Assembly (NCBI GenBank): GCA_030141605.1 | Contig: JAQGDQ010000196.1 | Location: forward strand, 1 to 64,000 | Source: Tubiluchus corallicola | Lineage: Eukaryota > Animalia > Priapulida | Reading direction: 5' to 3' | Length of the DNA: 64,000 bases | Shown here: positions 35,996 to 51,100 of the stretch, piece by piece | Layout of the letters: each line of letters begins with the position of its first letter | How positions within the stretch are numbered: the stretch's first letter is position 1 | The notes under the pieces: generated by a model | The model's database searches: none | The model's input: the letters and a program-made list of their open reading frames with translations, nothing else | What the model was told of the DNA's origin: nothing | Position numbers and translations under genes: made by a program

Positions 35996-38672
35996 CGATA
36001 CACGATTGATCTATCTATCATTTAGTGCACTTATTTTGCCTGCATCAGCGTATTTAAGTCAAAAGCTTGCTCGTGCTTTTTACGAACAGGCTACGCCTGG
36101 TGACGTGATTTTCCACAATGTCTGCCAGTCTGGCAAACTACGTAATGCTGAAGCCTACATCTTGACTCGTTGTAAATTTTTTGTGTAGCAATAGTTTTAT
36201 GGTTTTGGGGACATATTTTGCCGGTTCGTGATTTAGCAATTTGATGACAGCGTTCTAAAGCCACCAAGATTAAACAAATGGCTGGTAACTTTTCACGGAT
36301 CTTTTTTGGAATTTATTAGATGCTAGCTTAGCCTATCTTGTTAGCATTTCCCATTTAATACGCATGGGCATTTTAGCTACACTTTCTGTATTTCCATTTT
36401 TCAAGCTACTGATTATTCTTGCTGTGAATGATTGTAAATGGTACATTCCCAAGCTTTGTAGGTAAAATGTACAATGCTAATTAAGATTAATCACATAGCA
36501 TCTAGCTGACTCTTTTTTCTGAAGACTGTTTTCAGTGTCTGGAGGCCACTTCGTGCATTGCAGAGTGCTCTTGTTACTTCACAATAAATGTACATGTGTG
36601 TGTAATTGTAACCTATATTGTGGATAAACAAGTTCTCAGTGTGATATGAAATGTACCTTCTACACAACATGGCAGACAACTGCATAGTCTAGGTCAATTT
36701 TACACTACAATGCTTTTTTAAGTGTACACCGTAGAGCACTCAAATTTAGAAACAATACATAACATACAATTGAAAATTTCATAAAGATTAACGTAAGAAT
36801 GCAAACAATATCTCGTAATCAAAATATGCAACACCATCAATATGTTATGCCACTGCTTGTTTTCATGAATGTTGGAGGGCTACCTAAATTGGGCTTACCA
36901 TATTTGTATGCTTGATGACATGAAATATAATAAGCTAGTGGGTTTGAGGGAACATTTAAGATCTCCTAGTGGATTTGGGGCACAACCCAGAAAATAATGG
37001 AGTCCTGCATTATAAATATTTTGGAGATTAAATTGGTGGTTCAGGAATTAGTCTAGTTCCCGCAAATTTGAGATAGGCATTTTGATAATTGAACGTATTA
37101 CAAGACTGTGGAATGCAAGACAATGATGTTAAATGACACTCATCAACACTAAATTAATCGCTACGTGCCCATGACAATATCTCTATCAGTGGATCCTATT
37201 TTTCTTGAAACTCCTTCAGAACCTTAAGTATTTGCTGCATTTTACATGGATTCACGAAAAACTGCTCTCACTAAGCAGCGATTACATTATATTTGATAAT
37301 TTTTGTAGGTTTCTACTTCGCACATAATGGATTTTCATGTAAAATTATATGTGAAATGCACTTGCTTACCTTAGATGAATTAAAAATCAATTTTTGAAGA
37401 AAAGAATTGAAAAAGCTTACAGTAACTGCAGTGTTTGTACGGTGCTAATGTACAGCATCACTTGTGTGAAATCGGCTAATGCAGAAATTTTCAACTATCC
37501 AGACACAGCACTCTCATGCACTTTGGCCTCAATTCTACTCTATTTTTAAGGAGAAATTCCTGTTAAAAAGTGAAATGATCTTGCTTTGTCCTTGGCTGAT
37601 TGGTTGATACTTCCTGGAACTGCACAGCAGCAGGTACTCTTGGGCTAGTGTGTACAATCACACAAATGTACTCCAGACTAGGCTACTCAATAGGCTAAAT
37701 TGGAGTGCCTGAAACGGGCATGTTTTTCTTAATTTTATTCAGTTAAATTGCTTGTAAGTGCGTAAATAAGTAACTTTAATTGGATAGCCAAAAGTCTCCT
37801 GAATAGAACATTACTGAATTTGTAATCATTTAGTTATGTCTGTGCTCATACATTAGCAGAAGAATTGTAGGTCTTATAAGATTTTTTTTGAATAGTGCTG
37901 TTCCGAAGGAGTTAATATTGGTAAAATCTTTGCAGGAGAGTTCTCTGAAATTAACTAGATGACAAGTAAAGTCGCTTTTAATGACTCTATATTCAAATAG
38001 TTTCTTTTCTTTTGTTTATTGGTTTTACATATTTGAAAAAAAAATCGCGTGCCACATCAGGGCACAAATTTTACGCTGGTCCTTCCAGAAATTTTAGTAA
38101 ATCTGCCCAAGGACTAGCAGAAGTCATCTGTGTACTGGCCGGTGAGCTTAGCTTGTCATGTTTACTGCATATGTATTATGAACCCTTACTTTTTTCCGAG
38201 CCAGCGAGCGCATTTAATAAATTGTAATGTTCGATTAATCTAGTTGTCTAAGAAGCATCTAAAGCTAAATCACGAAAAGTTTTCATACATCATGTTAATG
38301 ACATTCTCGCAGGCACATGCTGCATTTGAACCACTATGCTTACTCGCCCACCAAATGAACTATTTGTTGAATTCGAAACACAAATATCTTTGACTAAAAT
38401 GTATCCAGATTTTTTGCACGAAATTCAACATGGTGACTGATTTTTGCTTATTAGAAGCTCTTTTGTCCTCACTGCTTTCGGCCATCAGCCATTGAGCATA
38501 TTTGTACTGACATCATAAAGGCCAAAAATAAAAAAACGTCATTTAGGATGGGAATTTTTATGAAAACTGGGAATTTACTGTTAAGTACAGATTAGGAAGA
38601 AAGAACACAAGTAGGTATATAAGAAAAAATATGCTAGGTAATGTCAAATTACTGTGCAAAATTAATGTTGTA

Positions 38673-39075
38673 TAGCCCCGGTTCCCAGCCTTTTGGACTC
38701 CATGTACCCCTAATTTTTTTCATCATCTCCTGGTACCCCTTCACACGCCATAATCAAAATGAAAAATCAACACTGATCTAATGTCATGAATATTTTTATT
38801 ATATATATTATACATATTGCTCCGATCAAGCCACACTAAATGAAAGTTCAATGAAATGGCTGCTGTTGCATAGCAGAAACTAGCTTTTTGAATCGCTGTT
38901 CAGTTTTCGACAGACTGACTCTCATGTTTTCACGGATGTCAAGGCGGTTTAGGGCTTTTGTGTTGATTGTCACCATCGTTGAAAAGCCTGCTTCATGCAG
39001 GAATAAGTTCACTGAAAGCTTTACAGTGGACAGGGGTCAAGACCTCAACCAAAAATCATGAATTGTTGCCACAGT
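38673..39075 (-). mobile_element. hAT (Charlie/Buster-type) transposase 3' remnant with terminal sequence
   Basis: FLHEAGFSTMVTINTKALNRLDIRENMRVSLSKTEQRFKKLVSAMQQQPFH-stop (stop at 38848) matches the hAT dimerisation-domain C-terminus. Confidence 0.85.
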
Positions 39076-42000
39076 CGACAGGGATGTCTGAATCACCTGC
39101 TGATTATTATATAACACTACTTTTTTAAAAGTGTCAAAGAGACTTTTCAGGTACCTCTTGTGGTGTTGTACTAGTAACCCAGGTTGTATAGGATTCTCTA
39201 TGCAATGGAAAAATGCAGATAGCCAGATTTTTTTAGCTACCTGTCCACATTTCCAGTACAAAAATTTGCTAAATTTGCACCATGCGTATTGTACGAACTT
39301 GTTCAGATTACTTGGCTGATCAAAATGCTTTGCACCATCAGTTTCTGCACCCTTCTCCAATGGAAGTAAACACCACATGCTAACAGACAAACAAAAACCA
39401 TTTAATGGTTTATATCCATGCATTTGTGAGTTTCGACAAATACCAAAATTTTTGACACGGTTTTTATTGTGAAAAAAACATATGGCACATATCAAGCGAA
39501 GACTGGAGATATGTAATCCTAATTAAAAGTTAAGGACCATTTACCAAAGTGTAAATCTGAAATGTCGCAACTTCATCAAATTTCGAAGATAAGGATAGCT
39601 TCATCTAGACAATGCTCTCCAGGACTCTCATGTTAGGCTACTATTTATATTCGAACAAGGTGTCGCTAAGCAAACTACATCAACTCATGTTCCTGTTTCC
39701 CCTGGTGTCTTTCTAGTCGTGTTATACTTTCGATTGTCTCTCTCTCTCTCTCTTTTCCTTTCCTCTTTCTACCCTTCTTTCTCCCCCTCTCTCCCCCTCT
39801 CTCTCTCTCTCTTCCTCTATCACTATTTCGTTAACTGTTTGTGTTTAGACTATAGGGAAAATATGTAACTCACTCACTTTCATGACGAATCATCGGTGAC
39901 CCTCGACTGTCGAAACTGGCCTTAACCTGCTTTATTATGGAGTGTACACTCTCAAATTCAAATTCAGTTTATTTCACCAGCAAACTACAATAATACAAAT
40001 ATATTTACAACTTTTTGTATAATTGAAAACAGCAAAAAATAAAATAATTTCTGACTCCCTAGAAATACTATATTAAGGTGTTGAAGTTTGTCGCATGGTA
40101 GCTAAAAAGGGGACCTTGTTAAGTCACAAACTGCTGCATAGCTAACTCTATCTGCTACATAGCTTGATCTCATCTCATTTATCTGATTTTTCCTGCAGCT
40201 TTAAACATGATACAACATGATTCTTTCAACCACTGAATGGTACCACGTTTTCTGATAACTTCTCAATCAATAACTGCTTGTATAGCTTTGAGCATTCTTA
40301 GATGAAGGTGCATTGCATTCATATGTTATGGTCTTAAGGGTAAAATTTTAAAATATTTATCGATGGAATCGTTATTTTGTATCGGGCTTGATGTGAGAAG
40401 GTATGAAGTCAGGTGTTATTTTTTGAGTTTTGTGAAAATTTCTTTAAATAAACCTTCACTCTTTCTGTTCAGTGTTTGATACTGAGACAAGCTGTGTAGA
40501 AAATGGCTGAAATGCAATGCATAGAAAGTAGAGGAAATGATTTGAAAGGAAATTTTTCAATTGAATAAAACAGGGCTGTATCATAAGTCCCTCATTATTT
40601 TTGATTACTGGTAGTCAGTACTTTGATTACAGTAATTACTGGTGGAACCACACTGTAACTTGGTGGCTGAGTCTATGATTTGCGACAATAAAAGTGAGCA
40701 TCATCTTTTTTTGAAACAAACCAAACCAACTTTTTATGTATTCTTGGCCTATTGAAAACATTTTGTGATTAACAGAAGCAGGTGTTGTTCGTCCGTTCTT
40801 CTGGTATTGTGAAATCTCGTAGCTTGATGTCCGTACACTTTACTTTTAATGTAGCACATCTTCTCAGCATGATAACTCTGGAAAATCGTATATAAAAATT
40901 AACTTGTAGTTCTGCTTGTAACGTTATCCAGTGCCATAGACCCTCGCTTCCTGCTTCACATCTTAGTGTAAGCAACCGGAATACTTGAAACTCTAATGCA
41001 TTCGTCATGCCTAAAATTCGAACTGAACGTTACAAATGCTCACCAATGCCTGTTTTAATTAGAACTATAAATAGTAATCAGGAACTTCTTTCTAAATTAA
41101 GGAAAAGATTTATTGTCTTAATTGGTTTTAAACTGTTTAACTGACTTTGCGATGTCAGTCCTTCAAACTTTTATCTCGTAATGCAATGTCTCTTATGCAT
41201 TTTTTAGTCTTTTTTCTATTTTTATTGTATTCACGCCTTTTATTCAGTTTTACTGCTACTGTGTGACTTTTTAGTCAAGCCCTTTACAATTAATTAATTA
41301 ATTAATTTATTTATTTACAAGCAATAACATGATTGTATATGATCTGGTGAGAGAACAACTCATGCAGTTTTACAGTCTGCTCTAGATCTGTAGAAGAAGA
41401 CAGCACAAAACTTCAAATGCAGAATCAAAAACTCAACAAAAGATTCTCAACTACTTACTAAGAGTTTTCCACTTACGGGGGCATCGATAATCGATTAGTA
41501 GCAAAGAAAACTAAAAATTGAGTGACTTATGAAATGCTCTGTATTTACAAGATTTTGTCAAGCAGGTCAGAAAGTATATATCAAGATATTTAGACAATTA
41601 CCTGCATTTACTGGATTTTTTAAAAAAAACTTACAGTTTTTCTTTTTGGGGTTGATGAACGATCAGATTTTCAGCAAAAAAACAAATTTTCAAATTTTTA
41701 GCAACATATGTTTTCTCAAGTTATCTGAAATCTTCTCAAGTCCTGATTATTTAAAAATATGTAGCTACTTGTTCGTCATATTTTTTCTTAAATTGTAAGT
41801 GTCTGTTGTTGAGCAAACTGCGTTATATAAGTGTTTTGAAAATTTTTGTTTTAAAAGTATGAAATAAAATACACTTGCTAACCACCATTTTTATTTCACT
41901 ACCTGTAGGAATAAGACCTAGTAGTATGCCATGATCTAGTACTAAATTGCAACAGCGTTATATTCTGGAACGTGAATGACTTTACAAAGTTTTGTATTCT

Positions 42001-42190
42001 TGAATGTAAAAGATTTCTTGATTCTTAAATTTTATTGATTCAGATTAAACTATATGAAGAACTTACAATTAATTGTATTAATAACTGATCAAACTATACA
42101 ATCATTTACTTCGAAACGTTAGATTATTTGCTGATTTTAACATAATACATTTGTTTGTTTTTTCTATTTTCAGATCAGAAACTAGAAATC

Positions 42191-45167
42191 ATGAACATGG
42201 GCAAAAGTGAAAGGCGGAGTACTCGCACAAATCCAAGCAAGTCTTCTGCCTCGGAAAAGAGCGTGAAAGATTCCAGAGGGAAGAGCAAAAGAAAACCTCC
42301 TCCTCAAGACAGACCGAAAGAGCAGCAAAATCTGGAAAGAAAGTTTCCTAGCAAAGGTGCTCCACCGAATTCTAAAGACTCAGTTGAATCAAAACTTGAA
42401 ATGAAAAGGCATAAGAAGATCGATTTAGAGAATAAAAATAAAGATTCGCCGAAGGAAGACGTTTACCATTTTCACTCGAGCAGCTCTAGTAATGCCAGTT
42501 CACCGAAAGCGATGCAGTCTCCTGATAGAACCTTGGAGCCTTCTTTAACCGTGCAGGAGTCTTCTGCAAGAGACAGACCTGGCGTAAGTGCAGCCAAAGT
42601 CTCCACAAGTAGCATTGACCAGAGTTCCTCATTTGATTCTGGTATTGAAACCACGCCTATTAATGAATCGAGGAAGAATGGAAACACGTCTAGAGGCGTA
42701 CCAAAAAAGAGGTGGTACGATACTTCTAGTTTAGATGAAATCACTTCACCAACTAACACATCAGCCCAAGATGCAGTTCCTCCAAAACCACCAGCACTGC
42801 TATCATCGTCACATGTGCTGAACATTACAAGTGGTACTGCAACATCTAGTAAGTCAACTGATCAGCCACCAATCAAAATAAAACCTACCTCCATAACCAC
42901 AGCTACTTTAGTGAACCCAAACAAAATATACGTTGCAGTTTCGACTGTGAATGACTCAGCAGTTGGCAAAGTTGCATATCCTGTAATTTCTCAAGGACAA
43001 ATGGTGCACATACAGGGAGGAAATATGAGGCAAGTTTATCACATTCCGCAAATCGTGCCCCATCCACACAGTCAAGAAATAAGACAGGTTGCTCTCACTT
43101 CGCCTCAGATGACATTGAAAATCCAGCCAATGTCTCCACCTCAGGCGCAGTCAACACCGGTTATAATTCAGACAAGCGTGCCAATGATGCAGCGAGATCG
43201 TAGTGGCTTCACGCCAACGAAACTGGCTTCAGCGTCTGCAGCAAGAATTGCAAGTTTGTCTGCAGCTCCCGTGATTCAGCAGTCGTCTGCAGTTCAATCG
43301 AGTCCGCAAACTTCCACAATACAACAAAGCCAGTTGCCACTGCGAAAGCCCGAATGCATTGAGATCGATCTGTCAGACTGGAAAGGCCATCGCATTTTAG
43401 CAAAATGCGACTTCTATTATCAACCAGGTGTTATTAAAACAATCACTGGAAAAGATACTGTTGGTGTTGTTTTTGACGGTGAAACTAATATAAGACATTT
43501 CAAAAATGTATTTGCTAGAAAAACTGATATAATTAGTGACAGTATTCCACCGGTTGCTACTTGTACTATGTTGCATCTTGGTGAAGCAGTGTGTGTAAGG
43601 AAAAATCAAGACGATAACAAATTTTTCGAAGGGAAGATTATTAATCGTGTACACAGTGCTCTTGTATCAGATGTTAAACTAAATTCTACTGGTGAGATAT
43701 TACAAGTGAAAAGGGCAAACTTGCGTTTGTTACAATCACCTTGGTATGAAGATTTATTAGCAATAGAACAAAATCGTCTGGCTCAACCTCTAGAAAACTA
43801 CTTGGCGTCAGAGACTGTAGAGGTAAAAACAGAACGAAAAGATGAAGAATCGTCAGATGACGAACTTAAGCAAGGGTTTGATCAAGAACAAAATATTGCG
43901 GATCCTCAGCTTACAGCCTCACTGACGTCAATCGGAAAACTGATTCCGTATGTTGGCAGGAAAAGAGAAAGCACTCAGAGCCGCAGCAGTGCTGTCTCCG
44001 TTTCTTCAGACGGTGCCGTTACCCCAAAAAGTCCGAGTTCCGCGCAAAAGGTTTACAAAAAAGGTGACGTTGTATCGACTCCTAGCGGCATACGTAAAAA
44101 ATTTAATGGCAAACAGTGGCGCCGTCTGTGTTCTAAAGATGGCTGCACCAAGGAGTCTCAAAGACGTGGATACTGTTCTAGACATCTGTCGTTGAAAGGC
44201 AAAGGACTGCGCTCAGCATCACTTTCGTTTCCCGGTCGAAGGAAGGGAACAATAAAAGAAAGAGATGGCGTCCTCGGTGGAGAAATTGAATGGGATGATG
44301 ATTCACGTGATGGCAGTCCTTTACATCTCCATCGGGAACGGCATTTCTCGGGTAGATTTGATCCCGAGGAAGCAGAAGCTGCTAACATGTTGGTGTCACT
44401 TGGAAGCTCACAACCTACAACTCCAGCCTTCTCACCTGGTGGCAGTAACCCAGGTAATTTGTTGTCTCAGTCTCCGGGTCAGTCAGCATATCGACCTAGC
44501 ACCTTTGTGCCAATTCACCCAGGTTTAGTACCACCCGGAGCTGTGGGTCACTGGGCAGCAACTGGGCAAGTTTTGACTCAGTACCCACCGAACGCGATAC
44601 AGTTGTATGATGAACCATCTTTTGTATCTGGCAAACAAGATAGTTACCGGCAAGTTCAACAAGCGACTGTTTTGGACTCTTCGCGAAAGAAGTCAAATAG
44701 TGGTCAAGAGCCTAGCCCTCGCGGGGGACTACCACCACAACAGCAGCCTAAAAAGACGGTTACCACAGCAAGCCAAGTTGTCAGCTTTACTCCGTCTCCA
44801 AATATGCCATCGGATACGGTACAAGTGAGCATCTTGCAACAGACGTTAGAGTCTAGACAAAAACAGTTACAAAAGACAACAGCTGTAACCACGGTTACAT
44901 CACATACAGCAGATTCCAGTGAAGCACCAGTTGTCTATCAGATTGCTGGACAACCAGAAGTTATCAACATTTCACCACAACAAGTGGTCATAACCAGCGC
45001 TTCAAAAGCGGTCGTTAGCCAGGTGGCTGTGTCTTCACGCAGCAATGATGAAGACGGTGCTGCTCACCCGAGCCCGATTTCTTTACTGCCAGTTATGCCA
45101 GTTCCACTGACACCGGCTCAGATGAAGGCAGAAGACAAGCAACTAGAAAAAAGTGCTAAAAGAAATG
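42191..45167 (+). CDS. cic: cic long-isoform-specific large exon (Tudor-like region and N1 motif)
   Basis: Acceptor at 42173, ATG at 42191, gtaag donor after 45167; [54 protein letters not shown]. Confidence 0.95.
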
Positions 45168-48100
45168 GTAAGATTATTAACGAATTAAGTAAATTAGCTC
45201 GGACCACAGCTCAACGTTAAAACATTTTGGAATTTTTTCATGAACTTTCTCGGGCAAAATTGTACTTTGTTTGAAAAATTAAATTGTCCAAAAGAAAAGC
45301 TACTTTATGCTCAGTAGTTTATAGACAGGCCTGGCAACCAATTTTTGCAGCCAGTTTTTTACAAACTAATGTACCAAACTTACCTACTTTGTACCATTTC
45401 TTAATGCTAAGTCGAACATTATAATGATCACCAACTATGCGTCAAAGTTTTGGGTATGCAGCAGTTTTTTGTTTCTTTGTTAGTGAGCAAATTTAATTTT
45501 GATAATTTTATCTAGTCATCCAAAATACATTTTTGGAATTATATATTAAAGTTTGTGATAGATGATGATTTGATTTTGTCTTAATTTGCACGTGCGAGTG
45601 TTAAAGATAGTAGGATTAGGCTGGCATATACGTCTCTGCCAGTCAGCTTGCTTATTATAGCAATGGTCAGTCAGCAGAAAAATATCTTTTTGGCTTTTGG
45701 AGGTTGCATGGACCTTCTGGACTCATATTTCCTCTTTCCTACTTGTTTAGTCAGTTATTTGTGTCAATATTTATTATTGTGTGTGAGCAATATAGATGCC
45801 TCTAATCATCAAGACATTAGCCATTTTCATGTTATGACGTGCAAGATACGTGTTTGGACTTTGGAGGCACTTTCTTGACTTCAGCAATTTGTCTTTTGGT
45901 CAGGGGGTGGGTTGCTCAACTTCTTGGACTGGCTTCTGTTCTAGCTAGTATCGGGAAATTGTCTTGACTAAAATTTTAAAATGAATTTCAATATTTTTGT
46001 AGTTTGTGTTGGTAGTTCTGATTTGCATGAGTATAACAGACCTGATGTTACTGAAATTATCTTTAAGATGATGCCTTCCCAGAGCCCTAGCAAGATTAGC
46101 AGAAATTGTGATGTAAATTAATGTTGTACACATCTGATACTGTACTCGTAATTACTGCAGTAAATAGGCAAGTATACAATAAGTGCAAATCTTTTCTAAC
46201 TTTGTGAATGTCTGTATAGAGCGAAAAAATATCATGCATGGATAATTGTAGCCATATCCGGACTCTGTGGCATCTCGGCCAATTTGATTGGTTGATTGGG
46301 GGTCAGCTCTACAGTCTCTTACTCATTGATCTGTTCCTGCATTGTTTCTTTTAAAATTATTTTTGTTGAAAATTTTCCCAAAAGCTCCCTTCATTCGTTC
46401 CAAGAGCACCAGCAAGTTGTTTGGAGTACTAGTTTTAACCCTGCTTCATGTGTAATGTTTTCATTTCTAAATACAGCCATCTATAAATTTTATTATTTTC
46501 TCAGTTCTCTTATTTGTGAAATTTTTTGCCAGAAGGCTGTACTTCTGCTATTTGCTTCAAACAGATTATTAACAAATCGATCTATTCGTCCCATCACTTA
46601 CTTACTGAAAATTACTTGCACAAAGATTTTGGCTTTCTGGACCTGTTCAGTCTTATAGAAATATTCCTATTTCTGATTACATATGTAGCTTTGAATTGAT
46701 GACTTTGCCCTTTTGTTCAGCATAATGTGTGCAAAAGATTATTGATATTTGCTGAACCTATTAGCTGCAAGCATTTTTCAATATTTGATAACTATATCAT
46801 TTTCCAGAACTCCTGTACGTGTAACATAATTATGTTTAAACAGAACACAAGTCAAGATCAAGTGCTAATGATGACCTCTATTTTTATTTGCATAATAATT
46901 TATCAGATAATTAATTAGATTTTTTCAAAATTTTGAAAATTTATAGGTAATGTAAATGAATGCTATTTTTTGTTAAAAATGGACCAAAAATTATCTTTTC
47001 ACTTGCCAAAAACGTGTTTTGTTTTTGAGCAAAGCATTATATGCAATGGCAATTTAAACTTAATATTTCCAAACATGGCTATTGCCTATAATTTTTACTT
47101 AGATATTAACATGCTGGTGATAGCATCTGCACAAATAGAATGATTGATGTTCAAGCACAAGCAGGCTTGGGTGTGGTACAAGATCTGTTTATCAAATGCG
47201 CGCGTTGTTTGCTTTATATGCAACCATTACAGCTTTTCAATTTTATGTTCAAAAAGTCTGTCAGCGTCTGCAGCTCGGCGTACGATATGACCCCAATGAT
47301 GTCTTACAGTTAAATGTAAAGGGGTCATCTTCTCGTTTTATTATCACTCAACGGTTCTGCCAACCAATTACAGCGAGCGTTATATACGCCTGCATACTGC
47401 ACGCCTACGATCTCGGCTTGTTACAAGCTGTGTGCGCGTCATACGTTAGGTGACGTCACGGTGATGCGCGATATTCCCTGCAGCCAGCCAATCAGAATCT
47501 TCGGCCTGGGAAAACACGTAATCTACTACGCTAGTCTGTTGGTCTATTATTAGCGCTCACCGTTTGGGCACAATGGTTGCCTGCGTTGATGATCAGTATT
47601 CAACCGTGTTATTGTTATAGATTCAGTATTTATTACACGTTTGCTTGCGTCAGACGATTTCAAATGAACTTAGATTTTATGTGATGAGATAATGTGTGTG
47701 ACAGACGGTGACTATAACTGATAAATGCTCATACGGTTCACTTTAGTTTTCGATTCATTTTTGTGTTTTTTCCCGAAATATCAAGAATCATGTTTTCTGA
47801 TAATTAGTTACTGTAAATTATTATTGGAATCTCTAAAATGATTAGATTTTGAACGTTGATAACCACTTTGGGATTTTGTTACAGTTTTATTAACTAATTA
47901 TTGAAATTAAATTTACTTTCTTTTTGAAATTATTATTATAATCGTTTTCAAATTTTGTTACGACTTTACTTTAGTCAGAAGAGTAATTTAATTTGATCTA
48001 GAGTTGCAGATTTGCGATTTTTGTCAATTTTGTCTTTCAAAAGTGACAGTAAGCAAAAAACATTTTAAACAGAAAAAAATTTAAGTATTGTGTGTAACAG

Positions 48101-51100
48101 CGTATTACAGTTACTACTCGTTTTCAATAGCCTTGTGGCATAAATTAATTATAATAATATAAGTTTATGACCAAATAAAAATTCTGGATCTTTATGCTGT
48201 GAAACTAAGTTTACACTTCTAATCGATGCAGTTAACTGTACAGTCAGCCGAGACGCATAATATTATTATTAAAGTTAATGTTAATTTTAAAAAACCTAGT
48301 GAAAATGTCAGCATAAATACTGAATGAGTAATCCAAAGCTAACTTGATAGTTTACTAATGTTTTCTTGTTTAATTAAATATTCCGATACCAAGTGTCAGG
48401 CAGTCCTGTTTTCTTTTTTAATTAAATATTCCGATACCTAGTGTCAGGCAGTCACACAGAGTGCTTAAATGTCGTCTGTTTTTGGTACCAATTTAGTACC
48501 ATAAGAAGCAAGTGTTTGCATATGAAGCAGGGTGGTATTAGCTGTCACAGGTGACATATAATCAAGATTCTTTAATAAGAAACATGGCAAAGTCTAAGTG
48601 GAAGAAAGGTAAATTTTCAATAAATTAGTTAACCAGTTAATGCTGAATGTTAATTTGAAATGTAATTGTTAGTGAAGTTATGAAACTTAGTTTATTCTAC
48701 CTCACCCTGTATATTGAATAACACCCGGAACTGTATTATTGATACAGGAAATATCGACAATTCCGTGCTTATTAATCAACCCATTTGACCCCACAACTAC
48801 AAACATTTTTTAGTAAATTTCTAAAAAATGTGAAAGTGTCAGGAACGTGAAGTCTTTGTGAATATATTCTATTGATCATTCGAAATTTTTCAATTTTGAA
48901 GTAAAGTTTTTGCCTTAAATAACTCATTGTAATTTAATTGTTACTTCTCCTGTCCTCCTCGCAAAACACTCACCTTAGTTTCAGTAATAACTAAAAATGC
49001 ACCAGGTGTGGACTGCAAGCCCGAAATCGCTGTCCGGATCCGGTCCACTTCCAATAACAAAAGTCCTGTATTCTCAATTCTAAATTATAATGAATAGGAC
49101 AGCTAGTGGCTAATAGCTAGAGTCTAAATATTACTTTTTGTAATATTAAATTTGGCCTTCTAGTTCCACTTTATTTTGGCAATTTTTATAGAATCGAGGT
49201 TCCAAGAGCTTCAAAGATATATTTTTTACTATTACGCGTTGTTGTTGTAGAATAATAATTGTATACATTCATTCTTGAACGCGAATGGCAAACTGTTCTT
49301 TAAATTGTAAGCGTGCCACTACCGTAAAAGCTCCAAATATTCAAATCCATAACCAAGTGCTTAGAGTGAACTAAATAAGCTACAAGTTTTGCTGGCTATA
49401 GTGCATCTGGACAAGTTGTAGGGTACCTGAATCTGCCAAGTGTAATTTGCATACGGTCCGGGTCGGGTAATTTTGAGTTCTGTGCATCCCTAATGATGGC
49501 TTGTTTATTGTTTATCAAGTTATTTACTAACTTGTTGTTTATTTTCAGCTTGGAGCCAGGTAGATGCTAGACCAATACCTGTGTTCCCCTGGCATTCGCT
49601 TGTGCCATTTCTGACCAGCAGTACGTCTCACTCCGATCCTGACCCTCCTCAACCGTCTATTCAGTCGGTAGCTCAAGAGACGGGGAGTCAAAGTGCTGGT
49701 GAGTATTGCGTTCTTTAGTCATACGGCTTCATTAGTTACCGCTGTCGTGATGGAAACAATGGGGTTTTGGCAGGAAGGGCATTGTTTTTAAAGTCTTTGT
49801 GAGCACTACAGCTGAGCGTCGAGTGTTCAAATCCGATTTGAATGAAATGAGTTGATTGAACTTCAAGTTTGCTTCGAACCTAAAATTATAGATTCGAATA
49901 ATTCAGCACATCAACTACATACGTTCTTTATTATTAAAACGTTTAACACGTCTTGCAGTCAGTACAATTTAGCTGTAATTTCTCTGCATAATTTTTTAAC
50001 AAATTATTAGTGTTTTCTCTCCAGAATAAAATGATCTTTGTGAGGCCGCTTTTTATTAGTGATTCGAAATTATTTAAAACTGAATGTGAAGTCGATTTGG
50101 ATTTTAAAATCTCAAAATTTGGTTTTCTTCGAGTTCCAAAGTCACAAATTCTATTTGATTCAAATTCGCTTTCTAATAAAGAATGCTGACACCTTGTGAA
50201 CAGATGATATTTTAGTAAAATAATATAATTTTCCCTTCGAAAACCTGAATTGTTTAGAAAAGACCTCATTGTTAGCTGACAGGTCCTCGGCAAGTTTTGG
50301 AAAAAAACAGTGTCCCATCTTAATGAGCCACCATATAATAGTTGTTTAGGATAGTTTGATCTGCTGCACTGCTTTGTTTCATTGACAGTAGAGAAAAGTG
50401 CTTCTGTGTGGCTTCCTTTATCATGCTGTTTCTTACTGTTTCTCGATGTAAGGAAGAATATATACATGTCCAAACATGACTAAGACACTCCTGCTGGTTG
50501 AATGTCTCGTCTTAGATGATCATCTAGGTTCCAGTCCCGTTACACAGCCATTCAGTGTTAGTAGTGGGTCTTGTCATTGAGTGCTGGATTTCGCTTTGTT
50601 GTTTGCAGAACAGTAAGAGGAGTTATTTCAGTGCTTTTAAAAGCCCTTTTTCCAGTTTTTATTGAGCAAGGAGCAAAAGACATTTGATGTCACAATAGCA
50701 AATAGTCCAGAGCATTGTATAGTTAATTTATATAAACCATGAAACAGAGTGTTACAAGTCATAAAGGGATTCCAACAGGTGCCTCTAGGTACTATCTCAT
50801 AAGTCCCCCTTCCCATTTGCCCCTGTAGGACGTTACAAGAGGTCCCATCATCTTTTCTTGGTCACAGTGAAAGAGTACCGCTGAAACTGGAGCATTAATT
50901 CACTTGGCATTGAAGATATGACTTGGAAAAATCATTTCCAAAAATCATTCTTTGGAAATCACCCTGGAAATTGAAAAAAAATTGAAAAGATTGTTTTGTG
51001 GGTTAAACATATCATTAGCTTTCGAAAAATGTAATGACCTCCTAATCTCGAAAGACTTTCAACGAACTATTTGACAAGTACACTGCGTACCAGACTAAGA

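Noticed and set aside
39037-39495. 152-aa minus-strand ORF as a gene
   Set aside because: No recognisable domain; its end merely runs into the decayed hAT remnant.
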